Shown: one piece after another, positions 12,301-29,685 of the stretch
Numbering within the stretch: position 1 is the first letter of the stretch
Layout of the letters: the number at the start of each line of letters is the position of its first letter
Made by a program: the position numbers and the translations under genes
Notes under the pieces: generated by a model
The model's database searches: none
Seen by the model: the letters and a program-made list of their open reading frames with translations, nothing else
What the model was told of the DNA's origin: nothing
Assembly: GCA_002269645.1 (NCBI GenBank)
Contig: NIVC01001824.1
Location: 110,073 to 174,072 of the forward strand
DNA: 64,000 nucleotides
DNA from: Macrostomum lignano
Taxonomy: Eukaryota
Direction: 5' to 3'

Positions 12301-13320
12301 GGAGGAAAAGAAGTACAACTTTTGATAAGCAGTACAGTAAGAAAATGTAGTTGAATCATAGTTGCTATGAATATTTATATACTTGTTACATTTTTAAAAC
12401 ATTAGGAACATTTCAAGCAAACGAATGGCCTCTAAAAATGAAATTCAATTTGATTCTCTTAGCGGTTTCCTGAAAGAGAGTAAATGGTGGATTCTGCAGG
12501 AATCATCCAAAGCTTTGTGAGAACCCGCCAAAAACTTTGGCGGGTTCCTTCGTCGATTCCGCTTTTCAACATGGCTGGAATCTCTGAAAGAAACCGCCCA
12601 GTGTTCGGTGGTTTTTTCGGTTGGAAACTCTTTTCTTGGTGGTTTTTTAGGTGGTTTCTTACTGGGCGGGTTTTTTGGCAGTTTCTTGCGCCTAGAACGT
12701 CTCATTGGGAGGGTTTTGTGTGTGGGCGGGATTTGTGTGTGGAAACATCGGTGTTTCCGCTTGGAATCAGCCAAAGAAACAGCCATATTTTGCAGCGGGA
12801 GCTCCCTATCTACCGCCTCTTCTCCCTATCTATCGCCTCTTCTCCATATCTACCACCCCATCTCCCTATCTACCACACCATCTCCCTATCTACCACCCCA
12901 TCTCCCTATCTACCACCCCATCTCCCTATCTACCACACCATCTCCCTATCTACCACACCATCTCCCTATCTACCGCCTCTTCTCCCTATCTTCCGCCCCA
13001 TCTCCCTATTTACCACCCCATCTCAATCTACCCCACCTTATCTCCTTTATCAGTTTTACAATCTTAAATTTTATGGATTAATTGCTCAGGTGCAGGCGGA
13101 TCGCTGCCATACGGTCCTAGTAGGCCTCATGCAGCACGGCCTCGTGCGTTTGTACGACATCCGCCAGACCCGCACCCACGTTCGGACATTCTACAAGGGC
13201 GCCCACTACCCTGACTGCGTGGCCCGCCTGACCCGCAGCCCCGTGTACTCGCTGGACTTCAATGCGCACTGCTTTGTTAGGGGACTCGACTCAGAGATTA
13301 ACTGCGTGCGGTTCGCTTGA
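307..13320 (+). CDS. FBXW4: F-box/WD40-repeat protein, FBXW4 (dactylin)-like; 5'-partial, at least 6 exons (~307-578, 655-~830/900, 1438-1832, ~2123-2291, 3963-4370, 13090-13320)
   Basis: F-box motif [31 protein letters not shown]. Segments match human FBXW4 as recalled, in the same order: AAWHRGR~QNWRLGR; [17 protein letters not shown]~MPWMQLEDDSLYISQAN; [12 protein letters not shown]~GYDTYVRYWDLR; WEDPSD~WEEPHD; [25 protein letters not shown]~QTDGNHLLATGSSYYGVVRLWDRRQ; SPVYSL~SPVYCL. Junctions 578/655, 2291/3963 and 4370/13090 are GT-AG and in phase. The exon 2 donor and exon 4 acceptor could not be fixed. Confidence 0.85.
930..1400. repeat. degenerate intronic repeat (TTTCCAAGAAATCCCTAG-like)
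   Basis: Recurrent TTTC(C/T)AAGAAA motif throughout intron 2. Confidence 0.7.
1848..1990. repeat. 26-bp intronic tandem repeat containing palindrome TTGGCGCCAA
   Basis: About 5 copies of CCAATTTGGCGCCAATTTTTGTCACT. Confidence 0.85.
2365..3810. repeat. 16-17 bp satellite (GGGTTTGAGTATGT(T/C)A), intron 4 of the FBXW4-like gene
   Basis: Many tandem copies over ~1.4 kb. Confidence 0.97.
4378..5520. repeat. 20-bp minisatellite (ACCACCTCATCTCCCTATCT), left part
   Basis: Period 20. The same unit resumes at 12802-13050 after the EnSpm element. Confidence 0.97.
6122..6658 (+). mobile_element. CT-rich hAT-related insertion nested in the EnSpm element; only the right terminus is recognisable
   Basis: Ends CCCCTGGACGCACCCCTG, like the hAT right end at 52420-52441. 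Flanked by the 8-bp direct repeat ATAGTCAA (6114-6121 and 6659-6666). Interior is polypyrimidine low complexity. Confidence 0.5.
6920..8617 (-). pseudogene. transposon accessory gene: basic N-terminus, coiled coil and C-terminal BEN-like domain; spliced and degenerate
   Basis: ATG at 8617 ([12 protein letters not shown]...). GTAAGT donor at 7964. Heptad segment [40 protein letters not shown]-like [41 protein letters not shown]...[11 protein letters not shown] (~7130-7400). Upstream exons carry stops and frameshifts. Confidence 0.6.
9365..12042 (-). pseudogene. EnSpm/CMC (Tnp2/Transposase_21-type) transposase split by a frameshift near 10900
   Basis: ORFs 12042-10894 and 10879-9365 join by a frameshift (...ISI / [20 protein letters not shown]). 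Motifs [36 protein letters not shown] (normally DxxH), [34 protein letters not shown]. Apparent internal deletion before YLAGPLH. N-terminal 21-bp Ser/Asp/Gly repeat. Confidence 0.85.
12802..13050. repeat. 20-bp minisatellite, right part (continuation of 4378-5520)
   Basis: Same ACCACCCCATCTCCCTATCT unit. Confidence 0.95.
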
Positions 13321-13415
13321 CTGGCTGCCTGTCCGTGTCTGTCTGTCTGTCTGTCTGCCTGTCTGCCTGTCCGTGTCTGTCTGTCTGCCTGTCTGTCTGT
13401 CTGTCTGTCTGTCTA

Positions 13416-13510
<95 letters not shown>

Positions 13511-13537
13511 GCCTGCCTGTCTGTCTGTCTGTCTGTG

Positions 13538-13568
<31 letters not shown>

Positions 13569-13607
13569 GTCTGTCCGTCTGTGTGTCTGTCTGTCTGTCT
13601 GCCTGCC

Positions 13608-13659
<52 letters not shown>

Positions 13660-13682
13660 GCCTGCCTGTCTGTCTGTCTGTG

Positions 13683-13743
<61 letters not shown>

Positions 13744-13782
13744 GCCTGCCTGTCTGTCTGTCTGTGTGTCTGTCTGTCTGTG

Positions 13783-13847
<65 letters not shown>

Positions 13848-13866
13848 GCCTGTCTGTCTGTCTGTG

Positions 13867-13907
<41 letters not shown>

Positions 13908-13930
13908 GCCTGCCTGTCTGACTGACTGCC
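13321..13930. repeat. (TCTG)n/(TG)-type microsatellite starting at the FBXW4-like stop codon
   Basis: ~600 bp of CTGT repeats, followed by AATAAA at 13939 and 13945. Confidence 0.97.
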
Positions 13931-14254
13931 TGTTTTCTAATAAAAATAAATTGGTAATGAGAAATGCTAAGTCTCGTGTAAGTTTTTTATTTCTGCTGTA
14001 CTTTTTCGCTTGTCGTTGTGCATTCCAAATATTTATTAAAATTTTATAATGCAACAGATGTACGGAGAGTATCATGCCGTTTAGACAATAAATGAATCTT
14101 TATTTTTTCGATGCGTTACAACTGATTTGGTTTTCTCCGTGTACCTCTGTAAAAAAACAGAACAGTTTTTTCATCTTCAATGCTTTTGAAAAGCAACACA
14201 TGATTTAGTAATTTTTGTCGTTGCAGTGGTTAGATAAATTCCTAGTGAAACTGA

Positions 14255-14296
14255 TATAGATAGACAGATAGATAGACAGATAGATAGATAGATAGC

Positions 14297-14379
<83 letters not shown>

Positions 14380-14416
14380 CTAGATAGATAGATAGATAGC
14401 TAGATAGATAGATAGC

Positions 14417-14491
<75 letters not shown>

Positions 14492-14492
14492 C

Positions 14493-14531
<39 letters not shown>

Positions 14532-14556
14532 CTAGATAGATAGATAGATAGATAGC

Positions 14557-14623
<67 letters not shown>

Positions 14624-14728
14624 CTAGATAGATAGATAGATAGATAGCTAGATAGATAGATAGATAGCTAGATAGATAGATAGATAGCTAGATAGATAGA
14701 TAGATAGCTAGATAGATAGATAGATAGC

Positions 14729-14776
<48 letters not shown>

Positions 14777-14793
14777 CAGATAGATATATAGAC

Positions 14794-14846
<53 letters not shown>

Positions 14847-14935
14847 CATAGATACATAGATAGATAGATAAATAGATAGATAGACAGATAGATAGATAGA
14901 TAGCTAGATAGATAGATAGATAGATACATAGATAC

Positions 14936-14994
<59 letters not shown>

Positions 14995-14995
14995 C

Positions 14996-15046
<51 letters not shown>

Positions 15047-15091
15047 CATAGATACGTAGATAGATACATAGATAGATAGATAGATAGATGG

Positions 15092-15122
<31 letters not shown>

Positions 15123-15195
15123 GATAGCTAGATAGAAAGATAGATAGATAGATAGATAGATATAGAGACAAATAGATAGAGACGGATAGATAGAT
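14255..15195. repeat. (GATA)n microsatellite, ~940 bp
   Basis: Directly visible, with GCTA/CATA variants. Confidence 0.98.
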
Positions 15196-15809
15196 TGAGT
15201 TTCCAAACATCTAGCTGGCATGATTACCTATATGGGTAGCTATAACTATTTTACCCTCTTGTTGAATATCGATTTAGTATCTAACTTCAAGCACAGAGAC
15301 GAAATTTCTGCAAAGCGTTTGAATTTTCTTTGAATGGAATTACGGTGTACTTTTTGTCATGTTAAGAGTCTAATTCTTAATTCCTCTGTATCGAATATCG
15401 AAAACTGACTCAAAAGTGCCGTTGCACTTAATTTAACAGTCGCATTCGGGTGCTGAACTTAACTGTATAGTATTTTTTCCAGACAGGCAAACAAGAAATC
15501 AGCCGATCTGACATCACGTGAGTGCTCACAGTGCTCACTGCTACACGGCACTTGCAGACTCATTTTAAACCGCTGCAAGTGTACTTGAGTAATAAACATC
15601 TGTCAACAGGCAACAGCTGTAAATTTGGGGAGTTAATTGACTAATTGATGGAGTTAAGTGCTGTAATTAACTCATGTGGGAGTTACACTGTAAATGTGCT
15701 GTGCTGTACATGTGAGTTACCATTTCTTGATCTCTTATCGATCTTGAATTTGGTCTGTTAATCCCATACACACCTGGGAGTTGCAGTACGTCTCTTTGAT
15801 CCCATTTCA

Positions 15810-16430
15810 ACATTTTGGACTTGCAGTCTCTTGATCCCATTAATCAAAATTTTGGACTTGCAGTCTCTTGATCCCAAATCCCCATCTGGGACTTGCAGTC
15901 TCTTGATCCAAATCCCCATCTGGGACTTGCAGTCTCTTGATCCCAAATCTCCATCTGGGACTTGCAGTCTCTTCATCCCAAATCCCCATCTGGGACTTGC
16001 AGTCTCTTGATCCCAAATCCCCATCTGGGACTTGCAGTCTCTTGATCTAATCCCCATCTGGGACTTGCAGTCTCTTGATCCCAAATCTCCATCTGGGACT
16101 TGCAGTCTCTTGATCCCAAATCTTCATCTGGGACTTGCAGTCTCTTGATCCCAAATCTCCATCTGGGACTTGCAGTCTCTTCATCCCAAATCCCCATCTG
16201 GGACTTGCAGTCTCTTGATCCCAAATCCCCATCTGGGACTTGCAGTCTCTTGATCTAATCCCCATCTGGGACTTGCAGTCTCTTGATCCCAAATCTCCAT
16301 CTGGGACTTGCAGTCTCTTGATCCCAAATCTTCATCTGGGACTTGCAGTCTCTTGATCCCAAATCCCCAACTGGGACTTGCAGTCTCTTGATCCAAATCC
16401 CCATCTGCGACTTGCAGTCTCTTGATCCCA
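15810..16430. repeat. 35-bp minisatellite (GGGACTTGCAGTCTCTTGATCCCAAATCCCCATCT)
   Basis: Period 35 confirmed between adjacent copies (16165 to 16200). Confidence 0.95.
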
Positions 16431-17024
16431 TTGCATAATCTCCATCTGGGATGCTGCACTCAATCCAAAATAAATTCGAAAAAACCATGTAGAAATTTCC
16501 CATAAACTCAAAGCTTAAAATTTGCACTCAATTTCGTATTGAAAGTATTTATTTAACATTTCTTTTTTGCAATGCCATTTCACAAAAAATATTAAAAGTT
16601 GTTTTCAATGCTATTTATAAACACAAGAGAGATACACATTATAATGCCTCTGAGAACCGGCACCCTACATCACAGGCATTAGGTGGCAATATTTATAAAG
16701 CACAAATAAATTCAAAGTTATAAAATTTCTAAAATGAATAAATTAAATGACAATTTGGCAGTTTTTTTGAACAAACACAAGCAAGCAACTGAAATTTAAG
16801 GTCGGGTTATTTTTTGTGACATCGAAATAGGCTGTTATAGCTACGGCAAGATATAATTGATAATTATAAAATTAATAATATTTTATTACAGAACACACTG
16901 ACAATAAATAAGCTGAGGCAACAATGACCTAAGAAGTTTTTGGTGCACTTACTCTCCTTTGTAACTGCAAAATACATTATTTCAAACTGATCTTAGTTGT
17001 TAGGATTCATAGGTAATTCAGGTT

Positions 17025-18175
17025 AATTGATTGATACCACACTCTGTCTAGTGATTGATTGATACCACACTCTGTCTACTGATTGATTGATTGGTTGATT
17101 GATTGATTTTACACCCTATCTACTGATTGATTGATTGATTGAGATTGATACTACACTCTGTCTAGTGATTGATTGATTGATTGATACTACACTCTGTCTA
17201 GTGATTGATTGATTGATACTACACTCTGTCTAGTGATTGATTGATTGATACTACACTCTGTCTAGTGATTGATTGATTGATACTACACTCTGTCTAGTGA
17301 TTGATTGATTGATACTACACTCTGTCTAGTGATTGATTGATTGATTGATACTACACTCTGTCTAGTGAGTGATTGATTGATTGATACTACACTCTGTCTA
17401 GTGATTGATTGATACCACACTCTGTCTACTGATTGATTGATTGGTTGATTGATTGATTTTACACCCTATCTACTGATTGATTGATTGATTGAGATTGATA
17501 CTACACTCTGTCTAGTGATTGATTGATTGATTGATACTACACTCTGTCTAGTGATTGATTGATTGATACTACACTCTGTCTAGTGATTGATTGATTGATA
17601 CTACACTCTGTCTAGTGATTGATTGATTGATTGATACTACACTCTGTCTAGTGATTGATTGATTGATTGATACTACACTCTGTCTAGTGATTGATTGATT
17701 GATACTACACTCTGTCTAGTGATTGATTGATTGATACTACACTCTGTTTAGTGATTGATTGATTGATACTACACTCTGTCTAGTGATTGATTGATTGATA
17801 CTACACTCCATGTCTAGTGATTGATTGATTGATTGATACTACACTCTGTCTAGTGATTGATTGATTGATACTACACTCCATGTCTAGTGATTGATTGATT
17901 GATTGATACTACACTCTGTTTAGTGATTGATTGATTGATACTACACTCCATGTCTAGTGATTGATTGATTGATACTACACTCTGTCTAGTGAGTGATTGA
18001 TTGATTGATACTACACTCTGTCTAGTGATTGATTGATTGATACTACACTCTGTCTAGTGATTGATTGATTGATACTACACTCTGTTTAGTGATTGATTGA
18101 TTGATACTACACTCTGTCTAGTGATTGATTGATTGATACTACACTCTGTCTAGTGATTGATTGATTGATTGATTA
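17025..18175. repeat. ~32-bp minisatellite (GATACTACACTCTGTCTAGT + (GATT)n)
   Basis: Tandem copies with variable GATT number, downstream of the MPPED-like stop. Confidence 0.96.
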
Positions 18176-18335
18176 TTTATTGATGCAATCTGATCAATCA
18201 ATCACAAGATTGATACTGACACACATCTACTGACTGATTGATGAATACAGATCCCACTGAGTCAGAAAATATAAACAAGAAGTCGGGACAGGCGGACACT
18301 GCCAGGTCCCATGTCAGGATGTACTTCAGCATGCC

Positions 18336-24938
<6,603 letters not shown>

Positions 24939-27039
24939 GAATTGATATAATAAACGTAGTTTTGTTATACTTAATTGAAACAGTTTTTTTTAAAAAGAAT
25001 CAAATCACGATGAAGGGGATGTGTAGGTGCGGTGGTTTGTTTTGCTATATAAAATAAGAAAGCAAACTTTGACACAATACAACAGCTAATCTGTGAAGCA
25101 AGGAAGGTAGAGACTAGAGAGAGGCGCAATCTTTCTTTCCTCTTTGCAGTTCAGTTTGTTGGAACTTGAAGAAGGGACGGTTCCGAGTCTCCGACCGATA
25201 GATAGGTTGATTGCCGTGGGTCCTTCTCCCTTAAAGGCTAAGGAATTCCTTATTCTAATAGGTCGCGGGGCTTGGGAGCCTATGCCGGCCGTTCTGTAGC
25301 AAACGCCACTAGTAAGGGGGAAGGGAGGGGGGCCCCGGCCTTTTCCTTCCTTTTCACATTTTCGCACTCTAAAAACTAAAAGTGTATATATAATGTGTGG
25401 CGGCTTGTGGTGGGCGTGTTGGGCCACTATCATTCTGGGGGGGGTAGGGGTGGGGACACGCGGGGTCCCGCACCCAGCCCCCCCTCCCGCACCCACCCCG
25501 CAAAACCCCCCTGGCCCGGCCCTTTCAAGCCCAATTTAGCCAATAACGCGCAGCGTGACCTCTTCTTATGCACGCCCTCTATTTGTGTAAGGGCGGCGCC
25601 AAGCCGTGGCACGCTATGGGATTCTGTTGAAACTCTGGACAACACGCAGCGAACCTTGGGGACGAAGTCACCACATGGGTCCCGCCCCGCGCCGCCCGAG
25701 TCCCCAGACCTATTCAGCTATTCTTCTGACTTTACTCAGTTACACTGAATTTTGTTCGAGTGTTTCTTGTTACGCAAACAGGCCCTGCGGATGGGATGCG
25801 AATGTGAATGTGAACCCAGACCTGTGAACCCCATAGCGGCCATAGACATTGTCGGATTGAAGAACTTTTTAATGAGGACCCGACCCGTTCTTTCAGCTAA
25901 AAAAGCCAATTAGAGTGTAAGAGCACATTGCAGGCCGCAGGTACCACAACTAAGTATTAATGACCACAGTGACCAAATTCACTTTTTTTGTAGTAAAGAA
26001 TTTTATCTTTATAATTAAGCTGAATACCGTCACCCTCACCACTTTACAAGTCTGCCCACTGCTCTGACCTTTGCTTTAAATGTTGGCTTTATTCGCTACG
26101 TTTGTTTTTATGCACTTTTGCTCACGTCTGTTGATTGTAGAAAAATTTACTAAACCGATTATATCTGATAAGGTTTGGCGGAAAATAAATCTGAGCTCTA
26201 GTATAATACGGTACGGAATTCCAGATTGTGGATAATTCCGGATAATCCGGCATGGTAAATAGTAGCCAGGGCTCAGAGAGCAATAACTCCGACAGTGGAT
26301 TTATTATTTTCTTCATTCTTATTTATTCACTAAGTTTCGTTTCAGTGACGCACTCAAGTCAAAGCCGGGTTAATTAATAAACTTTTGTTTATTCGCTGTG
26401 TATAATTGTTTTCTGCCTTCATAATCTAGTCTCCAAATGCTAGAGGGGCCTCCTAGCTAAAATATTATTAAATTTAGTCGATAGCAGATACAAGCGTAGG
26501 AGCAGGTAAAAATGGATTATATTTATATTCACTATTGATAACTGAATAACGATATACAGCAATAATGAAGAATATTACCGTCTTTGATGATATAGTCTAT
26601 TATAACTAAAACTTTACGTAGCTCGTAAATATGAATACTAAAAATGTAATTGCTTGCTAATTGCGTAAGAGCAGTAATTAGCTTATTAAAATTTGAACCG
26701 ACTACTTCGATCGTTTCGTTGTCTGTAATTAATGAATGATAAACTGCTTCATGTACATAGCTAGTTGTACGTACTTAGAACTACAGGCGAGATTATATGA
26801 CACAAGCTGTTGAAACCCGCGGATTTTGAACCCGTGGAATTTCAATTCCTGGAACTATTTTGCATGCATTCTAAAATCCGAAGTTATGTTTAAACAAAAG
26901 GTTGTAATGGTAGTTAGATAATAATTAGAATAGTTAGAATAGAGGTAAGCATGCAAAAAGGAGTGAATTTGTGGAAAATTAAGATTTGAGGCAAGCATCA
27001 ATCTCGTTGGCTGGGGTGCTGCGCAGAATGTCAGACAAG

Positions 27040-27341
27040 CTCTCTCCCCTTCTTCTCTCCCCTCTTCTCTTCTCTTCTCTTAGATAAAGAATCCAGCTCA
27101 TGGCTGAGTGGCAGGTAAGAGTGCATGGAAAGAAGGGATAGACTATTAGAAAAGAGGAGAGGCGAGAGAGAGGATAAGAGAAAATATTAGAAGACAAGAA
27201 GAGAGACGAGGGTGAGAACGAATAGAGTGATGTGGGACAAGAGGGGAGGGAGAAGTAAGAGAAGAGGGGAGAGAAGAAGGGAGAGAGAAAAGATGGGCGA
27301 AAGAAGCGAGAGGAAAGAGTAGAGGTGAGAAGATAGTGAGG

Positions 27342-27373
<32 letters not shown>

Positions 27374-27714
27374 TTAGAGAGGAGAAGGTAGAGTTTAGAG
27401 AGTGGAGATGAGCGAGCAGAGAGAAGAGAGGAAAGAAGAGAAAGGAGAGACGAGAGAGTAAAGGGAAGAGACAAGAGATAAGGTTGTAGAGACGAGAGAT
27501 GAAAAAAGAAAGATGAGAAATGAGAGATGGGAGAACAAAAGAGCAAAATGAGTGCCTGCGGCGCCAAAATGAGTGCCTGCGGCGCCAAAATGAGGGCTGA
27601 CAACACGATTCTCAAAATAATGGAAAATGTAGAAATTTAGTCATGTACATGACTACATGTACATGTTGAATTTTGGCTTTGCCCCCGCACCAAAAATCCA
27701 TGGCGACGTCCCTG
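27040..27714 (+). mobile_element. GA-rich block followed by the right end of a hAT-type MITE
   Basis: Ends GGCGACGTCCCTG. The segment GCGGCGCCAAAATGAG...AACAC..ATTCTC..AATAAT...AATTTAGTCATGTACAT is shared with 32265-32340 and partly with 36670-36730. No left TIR or TSD found. Confidence 0.5.
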
Positions 27715-28095
27715 ACGCCAACTCAGTGGCAGTGAGACCAAAGAAGGTCAAAAATCAGCAGCTATAGCTATGCTATACACATGTCGCCACAATTATAGTA
27801 CAAACAGTTAGGACAGCCATAAGGCAATGCTACACTGACATTTTTTGCAAATTAGAATCTGTGTGTTTTAGCTTATCATCTAATACATTTATCTCTCCTT
27901 CCGTCTTCTTTGCATGTCGATCTAATCTATAATAACATCAGCAAGCAAAAAGCAACATTGCATTTGCTTGTGTGAAGCGAAGTACGCTCGTAGCTAAAGC
28001 AATATCTGTCTCTCAAGTATATCCGCAGTCGGATACAAAATCAGAAATGGCAATTCAAAAATTCATATCCGTATAGTATAAGCATATCTATAATA

Positions 28096-29320
28096 GCCAG
28101 CACCAAGGGGCGCCAAGGGGCGCCAGCACCAAGGGGCGCCAGCACCAAAGGGGAGCCAGCACCAGGGGAGCCAGCACCAGGGGAGCCAGCACCAAGGGGC
28201 ACCAGCACCAGGGGAGCCAGCACCAAGGGGCACCAGCACCAAGGGGCGCCAGCACCAAGGAGCGCCAGCACCAAGGGGCGCCAGCACCAAGGGGCGCCAG
28301 CACCAAGGGGCGCCAGCACCAGGGGAGCCAGCACCAGGGCAGCCAGCACCAGGGGAGCCAGCACCAGGGAAGCCAGCACCAGGGGAGCCAGCACCAGGGG
28401 AGCCAGCACCAGGGGCGCCAGCACCAAAGGGGCGCCAGCACCAAGGGGCGCCAGCACCAAGGGGCGCCAGCACCAAGGGGCGCCAGCACCAGGGGAGCCA
28501 GCACCAGGGGCGCCAGCACCAGGGGAGCCAGCACCAGGGGCGCCAGCACCAGGGGAGCCAGCACCAGGGGCGCTAGCACCAGGGGCGCCAGAACCAGGGG
28601 AGCCAGCACCAGGGGCGCCAGCACCAGGGGCGCCAGAACCAGGATGGCAGCACCAGGGGCGCCAGCACCAGGGGCGCCAGCACCAGGGGCGCCAGCACCA
28701 GGGGCGCCAGCACCAGGGGCGCCAGCACCAGGGGCGCCAGCACCAGGGGCGCCAGCACCAGGGGCGCCAGCACCAGGGGCGCCAGCACCAGGGGCGCCAG
28801 CACCAGGGGCGCCAGCACCAGGGGCGCCAGCACCAGGGGCGCCAGCACCAGGGGCGCCAGCACCAGGGGCGCCAGCACCAGGGGCGCCAGCACCAGGGGC
28901 GCCAGCACCAGGGGCGCCAGCACCAGGGGCGCCAGCACCAGGGGCGCCAGCACCAGGGGCGCCAGCACCAGGGGCGCCAGCACCAGGGGCGCCAGCACCA
29001 GGGGCGCCAGCACCAGGGGCGCCAGCACCAGGGGCGCCAGCACCAGGGGCGCCAGCACCAGGGGCGCCAGCACCAGGGGCGCCAGCACCAGGGGCGCCAG
29101 CACCAGGGCGCCAGCACCAGGGGCGCCAGAACCAAAAGGGGCGCCAGCACCAAGGGGCACCAGCACCAAAGGGGCGCCAGCACCAAAGGGGCGCCAGCAC
29201 CAAGGGGCGCCAGCACCAAAGGGGCGCCAGCACCAAAGGGGCGCCAGCACCAAAGGGGCGCCAGCACCAAAGGGGCGCCAGCACCAAAGGGGCGCCAGCA
29301 CCAAAGGGGCGCCAGCAGCG
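28096..29320 (+). repeat. 15-bp satellite (CAGGGGCGCCAGCAC), left arm of a large inverted repeat
   Basis: Pure and variant tandem copies. Confidence 0.97.
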
Positions 29321-29685
29321 GTACTCGTAGCAGATCATTCACTGCTACCCAATTCTCCTTGCCTGTCCATGAGTGTGTTGGTATCTCATGCAGTGTGCTA
29401 AATTGAGACTACAATTCAGACACGGAACTGTAACGGTTTATCAACCAGCAAAGAACGGGTCTGTCGTATCGGAATGACAATAAAAAATCTGCTTGCAGTC
29501 CTGCAGTAGCACGGAAGCGGATATTTTGAAACTCAAAGCTGTAGATGTCTGAAAATTGTGACAGTTTAAATTGCAGTAGCTATTTTTAAGAAAACTAAGA
29601 TAATTCTGTCTGCTTCCTATCAGTACTTGAATAATCAAATACAGCCACAGGGCAAAATGAACCACAGCGTAATCTGGCAATAGTT

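Larger units (their letters stand above)
5523..12799 (-). mobile_element. EnSpm/CACTA (CMC superfamily) DNA transposon, ~7.3 kb, two genes, degenerate
   Basis: TIRs CCCTCTGCAAAATATGGC (5523-5540) / GCCATATTTTGCAGCGGG (12782-12799), 1 mismatch. Subterminal GAA(A)CC(C)GCC / GAAACTGCC repeats at both ends. Internal Transposase_21-like ORFs. TSD ambiguous because the target is a minisatellite. Confidence 0.88.

Noticed and set aside
13262-15221. CLSV-, RQTD- and YLSI-repeat ORFs
   Set aside because: (TCTG)n and (GATA)n microsatellite artefacts.
15758-16527. Overlapping SRDCKSQ/IKRLQVP ORFs
   Set aside because: Translations of the 35-bp minisatellite in several frames.
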